Assembly: GCA_965209055.1 (NCBI GenBank)
Contig: OZ242374.1
Span: 992,001 to 1,056,000, forward strand
Length of the DNA stretch: 64,000 bases
Direction of reading: 5' to 3'
Source: Acidobacteriota bacterium
GTDB taxonomy: Bacteria; Acidobacteriota; UBA6911; RPQK01; JAJDTT01
The notes below the pieces were generated by a model. It did no database searches. It was given only the letters and a program-made list of their open reading frames with translations, and had not been told where the DNA came from. Numbering within the stretch: the first letter of the stretch is position 1; each line of letters opens with the position of its first letter. A program made the position numbers and the translations under genes. Shown here piece after piece: positions 60,301 through 64,000 of the stretch.

Positions 60301-60429
60301 AGACCGCCGCTCCCAACCTCACGCGGTCACACGCTCGTTGGTCTGGAGTTCGGCGACAAGGATGTCGCCGCTCCATTCGGCGACAGGAATGTCGCCGCTC
60401 CGTTCGGCGACAGGAATGTCGTCGCTCCC
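60253..60429. repeat. REP-like cluster: one inverted pair plus three 27-bp tandem units
   Basis: Pair at 60253-60276 / 60291-60313. Tandem units TTCGGCGACA(AG/GG)..ATGTCG(C/T)CGCTCCN at 60349, 60376 and 60403. Confidence 0.8.
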
Positions 60430-60490
60430 AGCGGTTGGAGTCACCCCTGGCGGTGTGGTAGCGTGTTTGCTCCGCAGATAGATACCGCTC

Positions 60491-61249
60491 ATGGTTTCCA
60501 GGAGAAGGAAGAAAAAGCGTTCGGCCAAACGGCGCAATCCGGTCGTGGCTGTTGTCAAGCTGGGCCTGTTGGCCGGCGTCCTGATGGTCGTCTTTCTCTT
60601 CAGCCTGATCATCAGCATGCGAGTGGCGACGCGGGCGACGGAGGTCGTGGTGCCGTCCCTCATCCGGATCGACATGGAGCAGGCCAGAAACAAGCTGGAA
60701 GCGTTGGGCCTGGGATTGACCGTGGAGGGAGAAGTCTACGACGCGTCGATTCCCAACGGCGCCGTCGTCGCTCAGCTTCCCACTCCCGGCGTCCGCCTCA
60801 AAGCCAACGGCCGGGTCAGGGTGATGGTGAGCCTGGGAGTTCAGCACAAACCGGTCCCGGATCTCATCGGGTCCACACAGCGGGTCGCCCGCCTGATGTC
60901 GCAACAGTCAGGCTACGAAATCGGACACACCAGCGAGATCTTCCTCGCCGACGTGGGATCGGACCAGATCATCCGCCAGGTCCCCAACCCGGGGTCCACG
61001 GAAGTCCTCACGGCCCGCGTCGACGTCCTGGTGGGCAAGAAGCGGGTCCAGAGCTACATCATGCCTGATTTCAGGGACTTGGATCTGAACCGGGTGCGGT
61101 CCCTCATTCGGAAGAACGGCTTCGAGTCGCCGAAGGTCAATTACACCAGGGGGAGCAGGAGAGCCCGGGGCAAGGTGGTCCGTCAATATCCCGAGGCGGG
61201 AAACATGTTGAAGGAAAACGATAAGATCATTCTGGAGGTCGCCAGCTGA
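60491..61249 (+). CDS. Membrane-anchored PASTA-domain protein (three PASTA repeats, no kinase)
   Basis: Basic N-terminus plus TM, then VVPSLI.., VPDLIG.. and MPDFR.. repeats with V..Q.P. Confidence 0.85.
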   Translation: MVSRRRKKKRSAKRRNPVVAVVKLGLLAGVLMVVFLFSLIISMRVATRATEVVVPSLIRIDMEQARNKLEALGLGLTVEGEVYDASIPNGAVVAQLPTPGVRLKANGRVRVMVSLGVQHKPVPDLIGSTQRVARLMSQQSGYEIGHTSEIFLADVGSDQIIRQVPNPGSTEVLTARVDVLVGKKRVQSYIMPDFRDLDLNRVRSLIRKNGFESPKVNYTRGSRRARGKVVRQYPEAGNMLKENDKIILEVAS

Positions 61250-61908
61250 TGCCTTGGATCGCCCCGTCTCTACTCTCGGCCGACTTTCTCGATCTGGGAG
61301 GCGCCGTCAGGGAAATGGAGCAGGCCGGATGCCGAATTCTGCATCTGGACGTCATGGATGGACATTTCGTTCCCAACCTGAGCTTCGGCCTGCCGGTGAT
61401 CGAGGCGGTGCGCAAACAGACCGACCTGATCCTGGACGTCCACCTCATGATCTCGAACCCGGAAGACATGGCCGATGCGTTCATCGACGCGGGCGCCGAC
61501 TATCTGAGCGTCCAATATGAAACAGTTCTGCATTTGGACCGTCTAATGGACAGGATCCGGGAGAAGGGGGCGAAGCCGGGCGTGGCGCTGAATCCTCACA
61601 CACCGGTCGGCGTCCTGGAGGAAATCCTCCCCAAGTGCCACCACGTCATGATCATGTCGGTGAATCCGGGATTCTCGGGGCAACGCTTCATTGCCACGAG
61701 CTTCGATAAAATGAGAAAATTGAGGGAGATGGCGGCCCGGGACAATCTCCGGGTCAAGATCGAGATCGACGGCGGCATCAAGCCAGCCAATACGCAGGAT
61801 GCGGTTCGGGCCGGGGCCGAGATCATGGTGGCCGGTTCGGCCATCTTCGGAACGCCCTCTCCGGGTGAGACGTTTCGCCAGATGCAGACTCTCGCCGAGG
61901 AGGCTTGA
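61249..61908 (+). CDS. rpe: Ribulose-phosphate 3-epimerase
   Basis: IAPSLLSADF, HLDVMDGHFVPN, DVHLM, MSVNPGF and DGG motifs. Confidence 0.96.
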   Translation: MPWIAPSLLSADFLDLGGAVREMEQAGCRILHLDVMDGHFVPNLSFGLPVIEAVRKQTDLILDVHLMISNPEDMADAFIDAGADYLSVQYETVLHLDRLMDRIREKGAKPGVALNPHTPVGVLEEILPKCHHVMIMSVNPGFSGQRFIATSFDKMRKLREMAARDNLRVKIEIDGGIKPANTQDAVRAGAEIMVAGSAIFGTPSPGETFRQMQTLAEEA

Positions 61909-61919
61909 CCGTAATCTGA

Positions 61920-62909
61920 ATGGGGACAGTGACAATGAGAACTGTTATCAGGCTGACCTTGCTGGCGAGCGCCCTGATCGTTCTGGCTTCCTGCGGCGGC
62001 CGCAAGGGCGCGGATCTGCAGGAGGGGGCGGTGGCGCCCGACAAGACCCTTTTCGAAAACGGGATGAAGTTCCTGGGCAAGAAGCACTTCATCAAGTCGC
62101 GCCTTTCCTTCCAGACGCTCATCAGCACTTATCCCGAGAGCGAATACACACCGACCTCGTTCCTCTCCATCGCCGATTCGTACTACGAGGAAGGAGGCAA
62201 GGAGAACCTGCTCCAGGCCGAAGCCCAGTACAAGGACTTCATCATTTTCTACCCCACCCACGAGAGCGCCGACAACGCCCAGATGAGGATCGCCGCCATC
62301 AACTACCGGCTTATGAAGCCTCATGACCGGGACCCCACCTATACCCGCAAGGCGGAGATCGAACTGAAGAAGTTCCTGGATGACTTCCCGGACAGCGAAC
62401 TGGCGCCGACGGCGGAAGAGTTTCTCAGGCAGGTGCGCGAGGAATTGGCCAAGGGTGTCCACACGGTCGGCGCCTTCTATTTCGACCGGAAGAGGTATTC
62501 CGCCGCGGCCAACCGATTCGAGGAGGTGGTGGACGAATACAACGAGTTCAGCCGGCTCGACGAGAGCCTGTTTTACCTCGCTGATTCACTGGAGAATCTG
62601 GGACGGGTCGAGGAAGCGACGGTCTACTACTCCCGTGTGGCGCGAGAGTACGAATTCAGCCCCTACTTCGACAACGCCAGGGAGAAGCTGATCCTTCTGG
62701 AAAGGCCGGTTCCTCAACTGGACAAGGCCAAGGCCGCGCGGAACCTGGCACGCATGAAGCGGTACGAGAAGGAAGGATTCTCCATCCTCTCTCCCGTCCG
62801 AGGCGTCCTGGGGATCTTCACCGGGCGCGAGGACCCCTACGAAGTGGCGCGCCGCCGCGCCGAGCAACGCCAGATGGAGGAGTCCGGGGGCGACGAATCG
62901 CTCCGTTGA
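61920..62909 (+). CDS. bamD: Outer membrane protein assembly lipoprotein BamD
   Basis: LASC lipobox, TPR-like helices, DRDP and FY...Y.AAANR motifs. Confidence 0.85.
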   Translation: MGTVTMRTVIRLTLLASALIVLASCGGRKGADLQEGAVAPDKTLFENGMKFLGKKHFIKSRLSFQTLISTYPESEYTPTSFLSIADSYYEEGGKENLLQAEAQYKDFIIFYPTHESADNAQMRIAAINYRLMKPHDRDPTYTRKAEIELKKFLDDFPDSELAPTAEEFLRQVREELAKGVHTVGAFYFDRKRYSAAANRFEEVVDEYNEFSRLDESLFYLADSLENLGRVEEATVYYSRVAREYEFSPYFDNAREKLILLERPVPQLDKAKAARNLARMKRYEKEGFSILSPVRGVLGIFTGREDPYEVARRRAEQRQMEESGGDESLR

Positions 62910-63002
62910 CCGGATCCCGATCAGGCTCCGGACATCCCGGCATCAGCAATTCATCCGGGATTGAAATCCCGGTCCCGCCGCAGAGGAGCCCCTCTGCGAG
63001 TC

Positions 63003-63011
63003 TGCTATAAT
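63003..63011 (+). promoter_or_regulatory. Extended -10 element upstream of valS
   Basis: TGcTATAAT, about 48 bp before the start codon. Confidence 0.5.
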
Positions 63012-63058
63012 CCCTGCTTCTCCAAACCCGATCCAGCGATACAACCGGGGCATTCGGA

Positions 63059-64000
63059 TTGATCAACCTCCCCAAGACCTACGAGCCGAAGCGAGTCGAA
63101 CGGAAGTGGTACACCCTCTGGGAAGAGAGAGGCTACTTCAAGGGACGCACCGATTCCGGAAAGCCGGCCTACAGCATCGTGATCCCTCCTCCCAACGTCA
63201 CCGGCTCCCTGCACATGGGACACGCCCTCAACTGCACTCTCCAGGACGTCTTGACCCGGTGGAAGCGAATGAAGGGCTTCAACACCCTGTGGCTGCCGGG
63301 CACGGACCATGCGGGAATCGCCACCCAGAACGTGGTGGAACGCCAGTTGGCGGAGGAGGGAAAGACCCGTTCGGACCTGGGCCGGACCGCCTTCGAAGAA
63401 CGGGTCTGGGAGTGGAAGAAGATTGCGGAAGACAACATTCTCTCCCAGATCCGCAAGCTGGGATGCTCCTGCGACTGGAGCCGCCAGAGGTTCACCTTGG
63501 ACGAAGGCCTGTCCCGGGCCGTGAGAGAGGTCTTCGTGCGCCTCTACGAAGAGGGCCTCATCTACAAGGGGGAGTACCTGGTCAACTGGTGTCCCCGCTG
63601 CCGGACCGCCATCTCGGACCTTGAGGTGGAGTTCGCTCCCACGCGGGGCCACCTGTGGCATATCCGTTATCCGGTCAAGGGTTCGGACGAGTGTCTGGTG
63701 GTGGCCACCACTCGCCCCGAGACCATGTTGGGAGACACCGCCGTCGCGGTTCATCCCGATGACGGACGCTACCACCATGTTCGCGGCCGAACCGTCGTTC
63801 TGCCCTTGATGGACCGGGAAATCCCCATCATCGAGGACACCTTCGTGGACCGCGAATTCGGAACCGGAGCCGTGAAGGTCACCCCGGGGCATGACCCCAA
63901 CGATTTCGAAGCGGGCCGGCGCCACCAACTGCCCATCGTGAAGGTGATCGACGAGGACGGCCGGATGACGGCCGACGCGGGAGCATTCGCCGGACTGGAC
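63059..64000 (+). CDS. valS: Valine--tRNA ligase, N-terminal part (runs off the window)
   Basis: From TTG 63059: LPKTYEP.., [36 protein letters not shown] and [10 protein letters not shown]. Confidence 0.95.
   Translation, partial: MINLPKTYEPKRVERKWYTLWEERGYFKGRTDSGKPAYSIVIPPPNVTGSLHMGHALNCTLQDVLTRWKRMKGFNTLWLPGTDHAGIATQNVVERQLAEEGKTRSDLGRTAFEERVWEWKKIAEDNILSQIRKLGCSCDWSRQRFTLDEGLSRAVREVFVRLYEEGLIYKGEYLVNWCPRCRTAISDLEVEFAPTRGHLWHIRYPVKGSDECLVVATTRPETMLGDTAVAVHPDDGRYHHVRGRTVVLPLMDREIPIIEDTFVDREFGTGAVKVTPGHDPNDFEAGRRHQLPIVKVIDEDGRMTADAGAFAGLD

Noticed and set aside
60349-60429. CRISPR-like repeat array
   Set aside because: The units are contiguous with no spacers and no cas genes are present. 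They fit REP tandem repeats.

Overview
A high-GC bacterial chromosomal window, probably from Acidobacteriota (inferred from gene order and protein style, not from a search). It is mostly core housekeeping. Main contents in order: pgpA-cinA-thpR; a split B12 acyl-CoA mutase with isobutyryl-CoA mutase signature residues; dtd; an anti-sigma/anti-anti-sigma pair; rseP-dxr-cdsA-uppS-truA; yebC-ruvC; grpE/clpB; a LysM transglycosylase with aroK-aroA-uvrB. A ~20 kb bioenergetic block follows: an 11-subunit complex I-like operon (nuoABCDHIJKLMN, no nuoEFG), Fo genes (atpZ/atpI/atpB/atpE) and a System I*-type ccm operon interrupted by a nucleoside transporter. The window ends with dnaK, an envelope lipid/lipoprotein-trafficking cluster, aroC-def-fmt-rsmB-PASTA-rpe-bamD and a partial valS. 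Accessory content is three type II toxin-antitoxin modules, a GGAG-headed REP-like hairpin family and a MITE-like family. I saw no tRNA, rRNA, CRISPR array, transposase or prophage. The strongest candidate for novelty is the N-module-less complex I whose NuoC carries a ~208-aa tail of alternating basic and acidic blocks. Others are an atypical c-subunit ion-binding site, an MlaF with an H-loop substitution, a phased DnaA-box-like cluster and a possible non-proteobacterial Lol-like locus.
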